Below, piece after piece: positions 11,755 to 23,360 of a stretch of DNA of 49,508 nucleotides. Source of the DNA: Catajapyx aquilonaris (lineage: Eukaryota); the NCBI GenBank assembly GCA_000934665.2, contig JYFJ02000732.1, forward strand, positions 62,001 through 111,508. The letters are read 5' to 3'. A program made the translations under genes and the position numbers. The number at the start of each line of letters is the position of its first letter. The first letter of the stretch is position 1. Under the pieces are notes generated by a model that saw nothing but the letters and a program-made list of their open reading frames with translations, had not been told where the DNA came from and ran no database searches.

Positions 11755-11931
11755 CTTACTGGTGGTGGCATCGTGTGCAACGTCTGAGACTTCCGAACTC
11801 CCTGATGGTATGCCAACCAGTTCTTCCTCCGCTGCCTCTCTCTTCATCGCCAACTTCCAGTTCATCTCCTCAATAGTAATTAGCTCCTCATCCTCCTCCA
11901 CCTCCTCCTCCTTCTTGATCCTCAGATCCAT
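11755..11931 (-). CDS. First coding exon of gene 2: short acidic module
   Basis: MDLRIKKEEEVEEDEELITIEEMNWKLAMKRE...EEELVGIP. Acceptor tttttccag at 11939, phase-0 donor aag|gtgcgt. Confidence 0.75.
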
Positions 11932-12070
11932 TTTACTCCTGGAAAAATTAAACCCAGATGTAATCCTGACGCTGCAGGGAAGGATTTCCAGGCTTCAGCT
12001 GGACTCCAAACCTGGTGAAAACCCTCCAAAAAAGAGGAGGAAGCTTCTCTACGGGCGTGGCCTCCTTTTA

Positions 12071-12240
12071 GGAGACGCCATCTTAGGTTACAGCAACGGG
12101 CGCGTTCCCATCCCCGCCACAAAGGAAAGCCAGACCAAACTTGTTCCTTCGTCCAGACATGAACCACCAGTAGCCGCTCTTTACAACCACCTGTTACAGT
12201 AGCCGCTACTAGTTGTTACTCGCTATCCGCTATTTGCTAT
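12071..12240 (-). promoter_or_regulatory. Family core promoter copy (gene 2)
   Basis: GACGCCATCTT, GGGCGCGTTCCC, GTTCCTTCGTCC, repeated TAGCCGCT/CGCTA. Confidence 0.7.
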
Positions 12241-12341
12241 CTTATATTCAGACGACATTATTGAAGTGATATGCGCAGTCACATTAATGTAAATAGTTTT
12301 TACAACATTTTAATGCAAAGTTGGGCGCAATACGCTGCCAG

Positions 12342-14249
12342 TTACAGGCGTACAATGGGTACTTTCGGGAGAATCAGTACTTGTCTCTCTAAAGCGTCTA
12401 CTCTGGCCGCCAACTGCCTGGCATCTCTCTCCCTCTGCTCCTCCAGTCGTAGGCGCTTCATCTCCACCTCCAGCCTCTTCTCTTCCATGTGAAAGCGGCC
12501 CTTCTCCAACTGCAGCCTCTGCTCTTCCGTACGAAGGCGGCCTCTCTCCACCTCCAGCCTCTCCCTCTCCAGCACTACCAACAGCTGGGGGCCGTAGTCA
12601 GTATTTGAAGCCCTTTGATTTGTTAGGAGGAGGCTCTGCTGCAACTTATTCACTGAGGAGGCGAGAGGGAATATGTCACCAAGATTACCCATCAGTGCAA
12701 ACAGTTGTTTCTTACCTGCAGCAAAAGATGCTTCTGGAGATGGAGTGGACACTGACTGGGCACCACAGATGGCAGCTTCCCCATGACCACTGGTGGTAGC
12801 TTCCACTTCTTCTTCTTCTTCTTCTTCTTCTGAAGTAACATCTAGTGTCACTTCAGGCACAACTGTTGCATGGGCAGTCTGTGACATAGGCCAGCGTGCC
12901 GGATTCTCCCTGGCTCGATCCACGGCTTCCTGTGCGGTTGTGTCACGCCACTCCGCTCTGGCTCCTTCTGAAGACTCCCTTCTGATTAGCTGGAGGACCT
13001 TCTTCTCCAAATTGGTTAGCTTCGGTACGGGAGGTGCTCTCTCGGCGCCAAGTTTTTGCAGCATTACGACATTGGCCTTCAGCTTGCACTGCAAAATTCA
13101 AACAATTAGTTGAATAATATCCTGTCTCCTGACTGAGTAATATCATTTGCATATACAATTCCTTTAAAATGTGATCTCCCCCTAACAACCTGCGTACCTC
13201 TCTGCGCAGGTACTTCCATTTTTTCCTGGCCTCCTCCCCAGTCCGGTCATTGATTTCAATGGCATTCACAACTTTGGCCACTTCCTCCCATGCGGCCTTC
13301 CTTTCCTGATGGGGATTTCGTACTTCAAAATCCCACGTCCCTTCCCTCAGGTTCTTCCTGGTCTCTAGCTGCCGGACCAGAACCTCCACCTCACGCTCCG
13401 TCCAATTTGGACGCCGAATCTTCTTTGCTGGACATTTCTCCTCCACTATTTGGAACCTTCCCCGAACCAAAATTGCAGTTAAATAAAAATAATGAGGAGC
13501 AGATGCGACAGTAATAGTTTACCTAACATACCAATCAGAATACACATTCACAATACCCATTACTTCAATTTCCATTTTGAAAGCAAATAATGCAAATTCT
13601 CTTCTTGTTAATGAGGAAAAACATGCAGGCATGTCATCACTAATTGCCTTCATTGAATTCAACAAGATTACTTAAAATAACTGCTGGTATTTCTACTGGA
13701 CTTCTGTAATGGGTTTCCAAACATATACCTTTTCTGTCCCTCCTGACTAATCCCAGCATGTTGTACTTGGCCCTCCTGCATACTTTCAACAAGATCTTCC
13801 TCTTGTGGCACCTGGAAACATAAATTCAGTATCAGTAGATGAAAGTAATAATACACCAGCTTACAATGGATTGTTCCATCGATTCTGCTTATGCCTGCAA
13901 CCAGTTTCAGGTAATCATAAGCAACATTGTAGCAACATGTCCTTATTTTAATCCATGTTGTCACGTTCAGTGATTTTGGCCATTGCGTCTATAGTTTCAG
14001 ACGTACCATACTTGCGTCTCCGCCAGCAATTGACAAGGGGTCGTCCTCATCATCTGCATGCGGAATGGCTCCCACCCACTCCTCCTCCTCCAACTTCACC
14101 TCGTCCGCATTAACGGCCATGCTAATGACGGTCGAGTAATCAACGGCGCAGTATGGCGCCTGTCCCTCCTTCATTGCCAGCTCCCAAGCACCTTCATCAG
14201 TCACCAAATCATCGTATGCCCTTTTGTTGGCAGCCACTTCCATCGACAT
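12342..14249 (-). CDS. Gene 3: acidic module + Myb/SANT-like DNA-binding domain + coiled coil (MSANTD4/NAIF1-like)
   Basis: Phase-compatible exons 14249-14007, 13811-13729, 13456-13198, 13088-12342. RRPNWTEREVEVL...AAWEEVAKVVNA...RTGEEARKKWKYLRR; C-terminal ERERLEVE...EEKRLEVE heptads. Confidence 0.85.
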
Positions 14250-14470
14250 TGTCCTGGAAAAATAATTGAGTTACTTATTCACTGAAAAGAGGACCTTTTC
14301 AGGTGCTGCTTACACTGCAGGGGTGGGCAGGATCAATCGACGAGTGATGCACGGTGCAAGGGCACGATCCGGACAACCTGTTACTATGAATGCGGAACCG
14401 GATTGAAGAATGTGAAGAGCACAACAGCCAGAAACAAGATTTTTGGCACGCAAAAATTAGCAAGAAAAAT

Positions 14471-14540
14471 GAGCGTGGGCGCGTTCCCACCACTGCACTA
14501 CCCCGAACCGTTCCTTCGTGCAATGGTCCGTTCCCTATTT
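14471..14540 (-). promoter_or_regulatory. Partial family promoter copy (gene 3)
   Basis: GGGCGCGTTCCC and CCGTTCCTTCG are present; the GCCATCTT box is absent. Confidence 0.5.
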
Positions 14541-14845
14541 ATACAAGTGGTACAGACATCATAAAAACAATATGACCTCCTTCGCCCAGTTATAAACCCA
14601 TTTAACTATTAACTACAAATAATTAAAAAGACGCACCATACATCATGTGTACCAATGGGAGCGCAATACACATTGTCAGCACATTCATTCTCAAGTAATC
14701 ATCCAAAACAGTAAAAATAATCTCACGCAATCTTCTCAATATCTCTTTTAATTATCCAACAGTCATACAAATCTCTGACTTCATGCCATGTGATGAAATA
14801 ATCCGGACAATAAAAACTCTGTAAAATTCTGTTGGCTGTAACTTC

Positions 14846-15000
14846 AGGTGCGTTTACATGTGAGCGATTTGACCGTGTGATGTCATTGCCGAGCGATGAA
14901 TCCTATTGTTTGGGGGGAGAATCTATTGTTACCACGATTGTTACTTTTGCCCCAAACAATTGGATTCATTGCTCACATATCAAATCGCTCACATGTTTAC
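14846..15000. mobile_element. Palindromic MITE, same family as 11177 and 22465
   Basis: Starts AGGTGCGTTTACATGTGAGCGATTTGA; inverted TCAAATCGCTCACATG at about 14980-14995; inner inverted arms. Confidence 0.6.
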
Positions 15001-15151
15001 TGTTGGCGATTCTTCTTTGACGGTTACACCTGAATACATTCTCTCCCGATTATACACACTCAATTTCCATAACGAAGCATTTCTTCCATTACATTAATTA
15101 GAATGTATGATCACACAGACACAGTCAAGGTATTTAAATATTTCTCTACAA

Positions 15152-16150
15152 CTAGGAGGGTAGTAACTTCCCTGCTGTATGCAATGCCACATGTCTTTTT
15201 AAATGACCTCTCTGACCAAACCTTTTCTGACACACTGGACAAGCATGTGGCTTCACTCCTGTGTGCAGCATTGCGTGTGACTTTAAATGAGACACTTGCG
15301 TAAACCTTTTCATGCAAATCTGGCAAGACAAAGGCTTTTCTCCTGTGTGAGTCAACTCGTGTCTCTTCAGTTCAGAGGTCCCACTAAACCGTCTCTGACA
15401 TACACTACATACAAAGGGCTTCTCACCCGTGTGAATCACCATGTGCCTCTCCACATGAGCTTCCCTACTGAATGATTTACCACAACGCTGGCAGGTATGA
15501 AGCTTTTCCCCAGTGTGTGTAGCCATGTGTGATTTCAAATGAGCAGATCTAGAGAATTTTTTGGGGCACATCTGGCAGGAAAATGGCTTCTCTTCTGAAT
15601 GGCTTACCATATGTCGTTTCAAGTTAAACAGTTGACTAAACACTTTCTTACACAATTGGCAAACACTTGACTTCCGTCCATCACCTGTCTTCCTTTGCAC
15701 TTGCACCTCTGTTTTTCCACTAACATCATCACCTGCCTCTTGTGCTACCTGCAAGAGGGAATAACATTCTAAATGACTGGTTATTTATGATGAGATGCAT
15801 ATCACTGCATTACTTCACATCGGAAAATTCAACCTTGGCTCACGAATTATTATTAGAGCTGAAAATGGTACAGTCTCTTATTATGATGAGTTTTACCCAT
15901 GTGGTGCACTCTACTGACATACCTCACTGGTGTTCCCATAAGGGTTGCCTAGAGGGTCCTCCGCATCCTCCGTAGGCAAAGTGAACAACATCTCCTCCTC
16001 CTCCTCCACTTTAATGCCAGTAGTTTCCTTAATAACAACATAATGGTGTGTCGGACACTCTTCCTTCACTTCAGACTTCCACATCATCTCGCCAGTTGCC
16101 TCTTCTTCATCCTCCTTCATCTCCTCCTTGACGATCAGTGACAAAGACAT
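15152..16150 (-). CDS. Gene 4: acidic module + 6 C2H2 zinc fingers
   Basis: Exons 16150-15923 and 15748-15152, phase-0 intron (gag|gtatgt ... ttgcag|), TGEKP linkers. Confidence 0.9.
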
Positions 16151-16450
16151 GGTCCTAGAAAATCGGTAACCATATAATTTCCCAGTGTATATATTTTTTT
16201 GGGGTTAAAAGCCCTAATAAATGGACATGCTGGGGAACAAATTGCTCTAATCATGATGTGCTCATTCCATCACTTTTTTTCGCTGAGGGCCAACCGACGC
16301 CCTTCTACCACTTCACACCCACGCATTACTCACCGTCAAGAGATGCAGATGCAGCGTCCGCCTCCAGCTCTAGGAAAGCTTAGAACGGCTTCGAAAATAA
16401 CAAAAATGTCAAGAATACAAGAGAAAGATGTCCGTTGAGAGAGAAAAAAG

Positions 16451-16600
16451 GACGCCATCTTGGAAAGGGTGCGTTCCGTACTCTCGTTCTATCAAAACCG
16501 GTCCGTTCCCTTGCCAAAGCGATTTTTCACTGGTATTAACCGCTATTGTATAATAGCCGCTACTTTGGATAACGGCTCTAAGAGTTATTCGCTATGTTGT
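16451..16600 (-). promoter_or_regulatory. Family core promoter copy (gene 4)
   Basis: GACGCCATCTT, GGGTGCGTTCC, CCGTTCCCTTG, AACCGCTA/TAGCCGCTA. Exon-1 donor GTGAGT at 16333-16328. Confidence 0.7.
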
Positions 16601-17262
16601 TTATAGTTCATGCGAACTAGGAAAAATTGCACGTTAAAATAATTGTGTGAATACCAAATTGTTAAGACTTTGTGCTGTTACTTGAAGCTAATGCAAAATT
16701 GTACAGTACCAGCAGTTCACAACCCAGGACACTGCGGCACAGCTGCAGTAGTGTGCATTGTATTGTAACTGAGCGTCTCGCACCAATGCAAACAAACTCT
16801 TGTTTTTTTTCATGAATATACTCAAGACTCTTGAAAACATCATATATTTTTATTAACGAACTTTTCACAAAATTACAAAAATTCTGACGATATATAAAAA
16901 TTAGGTATGTACGCTTATTCTTCCGGCTTCAGTCACTTAGATAAATATCCACCGTTCATAAGTAAGCAACTCTGTTTGAACTCTCCACCCATCAGAATCT
17001 CTCAGAGAATATTTAACACATTTTTTTATTATTTTTTTTTGCACAGGAATTGTCTGTGCCTGTACTTTACACAAAATAAAAAGAGTCAAAATAAATCTAC
17101 CTTTTCTGCAATTGCGAGGAAACGAAAGCACCCCTTGTGCACACTATCACATGTTCAAATACGTTTATTCATGCCTGTTAAGGTAACGGCTTTTGCTCCA
17201 TATGGGCAAATCAAAGCCATTTCTAATCAGACGTCTGATAAAAAACTTCATCTGACAATACA

Positions 17263-18758
17263 CTATCTCGCATTATGAATCTTCCTGTGCTTATTCAAGC
17301 TCCAAGGCGCACCAAACTTTTTATGGCATATCTGACAATCATAATTCTTTTCTCCTGTGTGGGTGACCATGTGCTTTTTCAAGGATGCTGCCTCAAGAAA
17401 AGTTCTCTCGCACAACTGGCAGGAAAATCGCTTTATGCCCGTGTGAGTTTGCATGTGCCTTTTCAAACTCGATTCCACTGCAAATGCTTTCTGGCATGTT
17501 GCGCATGTATGAGGCTTCTCACCCGTGTGACACGCAATATGTCTTTTCAATAAATTTGGAGTTATAAACTGTTTCGAACAAAATTGGCAGACATGTCCCT
17601 TCTCTCCCGTGTGAAAGGAAATGTGTCTTTCCAAATGAGATATCCTCGCAAACCTTTTCGCACAAAATGGGCACACATGTGGCTTTTCACCTGTATGAAT
17701 CATCATATGTAACCTCAAATAATTTGACCTCTTATACTTTTTATGGCAAATTTGGCATGCATGTACTCTCTGATGATCTTGGGCCTGGGTCGTCTTTTCC
17801 AACCTTCCAACAGCAGGTTTTGCTTGCACCACCTGAAATGTATGCGAAATCAGTGATTTAGCAGATGCCAAACCATACACACCTATTGTGCCTAAGACCA
17901 AATCTAGCCTGCTTACGTACATAGTGTGCGACTAAATTCGAAAGCATAGCTGAGCAGAACGTTTCTGAATTATTCAACCACACTTCCAAGATGTCTAAGG
18001 AGTATACCATTTCCTGTCATTTTTATGCTCAATAATTCCTCTGTTGCTCTGTACACAAGTCAACATGCCAATATAAAAAATTGTGCTTAGATTTTCATTG
18101 CTGCACCAAATATTATGATTCAATTTTTTCATAACCTCTAAATGCCACAATTCCCAAGTAACTACATAATAACAAGCTTGTTGTGCAAAAATTATTGGTA
18201 ATCTCTACAGACTCTTATCGAGTTGATGCACATGTTTCACTATGTGGAATAGTACTACGTATGTATTAACCGTAAAAGTAATGTCGCACTGTTATGCTAT
18301 GTGATGGCGTCCATGACTTGTTGTTTAGCATGGGTTGTGGATTCCGGAATGTTGCCAAATTAACACTCGTAACTCGGCAGCGCCCACACTAAACAAGTCG
18401 CGGACGCCATCACCAGTGCGACATTACTTTTGCGGTTAATAGTACAAGATTTACAAGAATTATGGCAAGCAGGATGGGCATAATTTTTAGTACTCATGAT
18501 CAGGCCCATATGTACCTCATTGTCGTCCTCCTGAGCATCAGATAAGGGGTCGCTCAAATCCTGGATGGCCTCTGGCATGTTGACTGCCAACTCTTCATCT
18601 TCTGCCTTCACCTCATCATCCAAGGAATCTTCCTCGGAGGTTGATGGCCCTTCAAAGCACGGCGACGAGGGGGTCTCCTCCTTCACCACGCACTTCCACA
18701 TCTCATCTGCAGTCATCAAGGCCTCCTCCTCCTCCTCCACCTTGACATGCACTGACAT
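17263..18758 (-). CDS. Gene 5: acidic module + 6 C2H2 zinc fingers
   Basis: Exons 18758-18516 and 17832-17263, phase-0 intron (gag|gtacat ... tttcag|). Confidence 0.88.
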
Positions 18759-19045
18759 TGCCCTTTCAAAATAAAAATAAAAGCCTTTTGAGTGACACTT
18801 GGATGCAACAGGTCATGTACAAAATAAAAGTGCTTCACGGCCCACTCATAGCCGCACCATGCGCTTCTTTCCAACCCCAGCGTCTCCCAGTGTCCAGCCA
18901 ACTCACCCTGCGACGGCAGAGACGACGACGGGCCCAGTAAAGTGCGTGGAAAGGGCGAGGAAACGCCCCGAGAGGCTGACAAGTCATCAAGATTTCTCCT
19001 TGAGATAGCAGCAGATAAGGCAGCCATTGATTAAAGGTGCGTTCC

Positions 19046-19326
19046 AATCACCGCCGGTCCTAAACCAAGGAACGTTCCTTCGTCCAAATGCGAATCACCA
19101 CCGGTCCGAAATTAAGGAACGTTCCTACGTCCAAATGCGAATCACCGCCGGTCCTAAACCAAGGAACGTTCCTACGTCCAAATGCGAATCACCGCCGGTC
19201 CGAAATTAAGGAACGTTCCTACGTCCAAATGCGAATCACCGCCGGTCCTAAACCAAGGAACGTTCCTACGTCCAAATGCGAATCACCGCCGGTCCTAAAC
19301 CCAGGAACGTTCCTTCGTCCAAATGC
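19046..19326. repeat. 47-bp tandem repeat x6 inside the gene 5 promoter
   Basis: Units start at 19046, 19093, 19140, 19187, 19234, 19281. TAAACCAAGG and GAAATTAAGG variants alternate. Each unit has the palindrome AGGAACGTTCCT. Confidence 0.95.
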
Positions 19327-19507
19327 AAATAACCGCTACTTTACCAGTCGCAGCTACTCATCATTCCAGCTGCTATTTTCGTTATTCACCTAGTAAAATA
19401 AATAAAAGTAAATAAATGTGTTTCTTATTGAAATATCATAAATCAGTTTTCCCTCACCACTGGAAACTCCTAATATGAAATCACGGCAGCAAAATCGTTT
19501 GACTGAT

Positions 19508-22500
19508 TTATTTCGAATCGGTGTGAAGGAGACGCCACAAGGTCTTTCCCCTCATGCTGGGACTGCAATCGTTTAGTTGGAAAAAATAGGTGCCAATGAA
19601 GTTGAAGAAATTTCTGCAACATTCAGGGAAGTCGAGCCAAAAGGTGTAACGTGATGCAAAGAGGCAGAGCGTTGCTTCCTTTCCGTCCGTGCACGTACAT
19701 ACTTCCTGGCCGTCAATGAGCAGGTTGAACGAGTCGGCCAGAAATATGTTGTCGGACATGTAGCGCAAGATGGGGCGACCACCAACTTTGTCACCAGACA
19801 TCTGAATTATTCCAAACATAAAAGTTAATATTGTGCTAGAACTTGGAATAATGTGGCTTGGTAGCACACAAAGAAGTTGCTATTTCATTATCCAGTGATT
19901 CAGTTGATAAACTGGAATTTTAGTACATAAACAAACAAAAATGTGTGTTCTCATTATTAAAATTCTTACAATAAAGAAACAGGATCTTACCATTCTTTCA
20001 TGGCAAAAAAAATCCTCCCAGTCTTCTCCTAATTTCACTATTGCCAGTAGCACAGCAGCAAAGGCCTTTGCCGCCACGAACTTTTCATCGTTTTGGACAG
20101 TCATTGACACCGCAAGGGCTCCCAGGATGTCCCTCACTTTTTGAGTCTTTTGTGATTCTCTACCACATATTTTTGGAACCAGCATTGAAACATTCTCAGT
20201 AAAAATTTTAGAAGGATCCTGGATCCCCTTCAACCTGGAAAATTCCTTCACAATCTGCGAAAACAAGGTTTTGCTATCAATATGGATTCCATGAAAGAGT
20301 GTGAAATATCAAGTTTGCAATAAAAAGTCTTTGACATTTGAACAGATATGGACTGGATCTCACTGATGAACTTTTGGTTACACTTATTTAAGTTATTACG
20401 GTGTAGCCATACCTCTTCTGCTCTGAAAAGTGCAGGGAATTCCCTTCTGATTTGCGACAATTCCGCTCCCCCTTCAATGAGCAATCGTCGCTTGAACAAT
20501 GTGATTCCCATCCTCTCAGATATGCGGTCAAAGTCTGGAAACCTCTGCAGAAGAGATGACGTTGGTTGAAACACTCAAGAGACAACCTGCAGTAAAACTT
20601 TCTGGTAATACTTACCACTGCCATTTCGTTTTCCATCCACTTTTGATGTTCCTTTGTGGAAGCAACGTCCTCGCCTTCTGGCAGGATAATATCTACTCTT
20701 GTGATTTTTTGTGGCCTGGAACCTTGATCCTTCAACCTCTTAAGACCAGAATTGCTGCTTGAGCCGTCTACTGGCAGAGAGCCGTCTTTCTTCCTGCGTG
20801 ATCTTTCATTACGAAATTTCACACTTAGAGCATATCTCCATGATGCCTGTAAACATTGATCATTCGAGTACTTACAGTATGCAAGGTATGCACTACGATT
20901 ATCACTAATGTTACAGTCTGATTGCACAAGTGTCAAGACCTCCTGTTTTCTCCAAAGTAATTTGGCCAATGCAATACTTACAAAACTGTCTAGATCCAAA
21001 GTTAGCGGATATAGTATGTCGGGCATAAAATTTAAAAACAAATAATCACTGTAATTAACAGTTATTATTTTTGTTCATTGTCCCATGAAATTTCATTACC
21101 ATTGGTGCATTTTTGTTCAATAATTCCAGAGTAATAGTGATTGGGGTCTTACACTTCCAATATTATCGTTGACTTGTCTAGCACTGACAGGATCTTGCAG
21201 AAGTGGATATTGCATGACAAGTGCATCAGCTGCCTCCTTGTATTGCCAAGATGTCGGATTCCTGCAAAAGAAAAGGAAAAAAAAGTATTGTCAGACTCAT
21301 TACTTTTCAACAGACAATAATTATGCAACATGGTATTATCTGGGGTATTACTAACCAAATATTATGCTTCACCAATTCTTCAAACACGTGTTGTACAATT
21401 TTTATCCTTGCTTTGTGAATTGCTGAGTGTGAACCACTAACTGCATGGGATACTAACTCGGGGCTTAAATGGGGAATGCTAAGGGGCCTCGGCCAATTTC
21501 CTCTGTCATTACTAGGCAGTGCTTCGACACTACTTTGCAAATCATTCCTATGATCATCACATGGATCAGCATTTCTAGGTGACATGACACTTTCACCAGA
21601 TGTGTTGCCTTGGGAATTGCTTGTTTGTGCTGAATGAGTTCGCGGAGTTGCCCTGAAACAGAATATGTAACCATGAACTTACTAATAAGCAAACTACTGC
21701 TCCCCTTGCCTTGAATTCACCTGGTAGCAACTGACGAGAGCTGATTCAAAATGCTGTCTGTCAACCAACGTAAAACATCATAAACAGGTAGCATTTTGAA
21801 CCAGCGCTCTTCAATTATGACATACCCAACGTAAATTCGAGCTTCAAGTAGCTTGCATTCATCGGACACAGTCTCACTGTCAGAGTCAACATCTGCGTAA
21901 GCATCAAATTCAGCACTGTGTTCTGCCAGCAGCAATGGCACGTCTTTAGCGACATGGAATTTTTCCCTGATTCTTTCCTTTATGCTGTCCACTTTGCGGG
22001 AAGAAACCTCGATGATTTTTCTTCTTCCTTCAAAGGCCACAAGAAACCTTATCCTGCAATGTAAGAAAGTGAAACACATCATTTTCCAAAACATCCAGAT
22101 AGTTCAGAACCAGCTTAGGAAGCCCCATGTTGATGTAGTGGTTTGATGGCAATAAGTATAAGTACTAGGCTATTCTGTACCAATGTATGAACTATGGGCG
22201 TTATTACTTCCCTAAAATTATGGAGTACTGCACTGCAATTCGGCATCTGAGATCGCATCAAAACTACATTCAACTCTGCCCCTTCGTGACCCGAAGTATT
22301 GAAATTGCCGCGAGTGGGATCGCATCGAAAATTCGAATTGCATGATTTGCATTGGGTGTTCGATTGTGACGCATCCTCGGTCAAAAGTTGAGCGCACATC
22401 CTGTTGTTATGCAACAAATCGGGCAGACGTCGCACCAAAATTGCATGATTTGTACACGGCCTAAAGGTGCGTTTACATGCAAGGCGCGATGTCATCGCCG

Positions 22501-22868
22501 AGCGACGATCACGCTTGGCGATCTACTCACTCACATGTAAATGAACCTTAAAGCAAGAATTTGGAAATGGGTCGTACAGCAAAAGTGGAAAGTGAGCAAT
22601 ATGTATGTAAATTTTTTTTTGCAGTATCTCACTGTTTACCTTACCAACTGCTAAGGGATAATTCATCCCGTCAGCAGCATCTGGAATTGTTAACCAACCT
22701 CTCCTTTGTTGTGTTCTCCTTAATGTGGCCAGTGGTGTCTTCAACAGTCCTTGCAGGTTCAACGTGCAACGTGGAATCCTCCATATGCATCAACATCCAG
22801 GTCTCCTCCGCAGTGAAACACTTGTCTTCCTCCTCCACCTCCTGCTTGACTCTTGGCATCAGTGGCAT
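19508..22868 (-). CDS. Gene 6: shortened acidic module + multi-exon SAMD3-like (CACTA/EnSpm accessory-type) protein
   Basis: Phase-consistent exons from 22053 to 19508 encode NPTSWQYKEAADALVMQYPLL, SWRYALSVKFRNER, LPEGED, MGITLFKRRLLI..FPALFRAEE and LFASRYTFWLDFP..FFNFI. Acidic exon ATG at 22868. Family assignment is from recalled motifs. Confidence 0.65.
22465..22548. mobile_element. PIF/Harbinger-like MITE, short copy
   Basis: AGGTGCGTTTACATG...CATGTAAATGAACCT with TAA on both sides. Confidence 0.65.
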
Positions 22869-23190
22869 TGTCTTGAAGTGAGAAACTACGCCAGTCCTTT
22901 AATATCCTGTCCTTCTCCTGCTTGACCCACCCCCAGTAACACATGCAGCGGCTATAGACAGCCTCGTAAGAATAAGAAGCACAATAATCACACACCCTCT
23001 TTTGGCATAATTACTGCATAAATTATCGACCGGATCCCAACATTTTCATTGAACCCTGGACATTCGCGTGTCGCTCTGATACTCACAATGCAGACGGAGA
23101 GGCCCTCGGGTCCTCAGCAGATTTCGGCAGTTGGGTGGGCCACCAATTAAAAAAATAAACCAGGAAGCGACGACTAGGCCTGCCAAATGA

Positions 23191-23360
23191 AAGACGCCAT
23201 CTTGGATGCTGCTGCTGCTTGTGGGGTGCGTTCCCACCCCCGCGCTGAAAGGGGACGCTCCCGTTCCCTAGACAAAGGAACGCCTTGCAGGCCATTAACC
23301 GCTACTTGAAAATAGCGGCTACCCACGATCGCTGCTATTTTCTTGTAGTTCTCGCCTATC
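23191..23360 (-). promoter_or_regulatory. Family core promoter copy (gene 6)
   Basis: GACGCCATCTT, GGGTGCGTTCCC, CCGTTCCCT, AACCGCTAC, TCGCTGCTA. Exon-1 donor GTGAGT at 23086-23081. Confidence 0.7.

Noticed and set aside
19046..19326. CRISPR-like array with a palindromic repeat
   Set aside because: Units are head-to-tail with no unique spacers, there are no cas genes, and the context is eukaryotic.
19027..19393. Repetitive plus-strand ORFs
   Set aside because: By-products of translating the 47-bp minisatellite.
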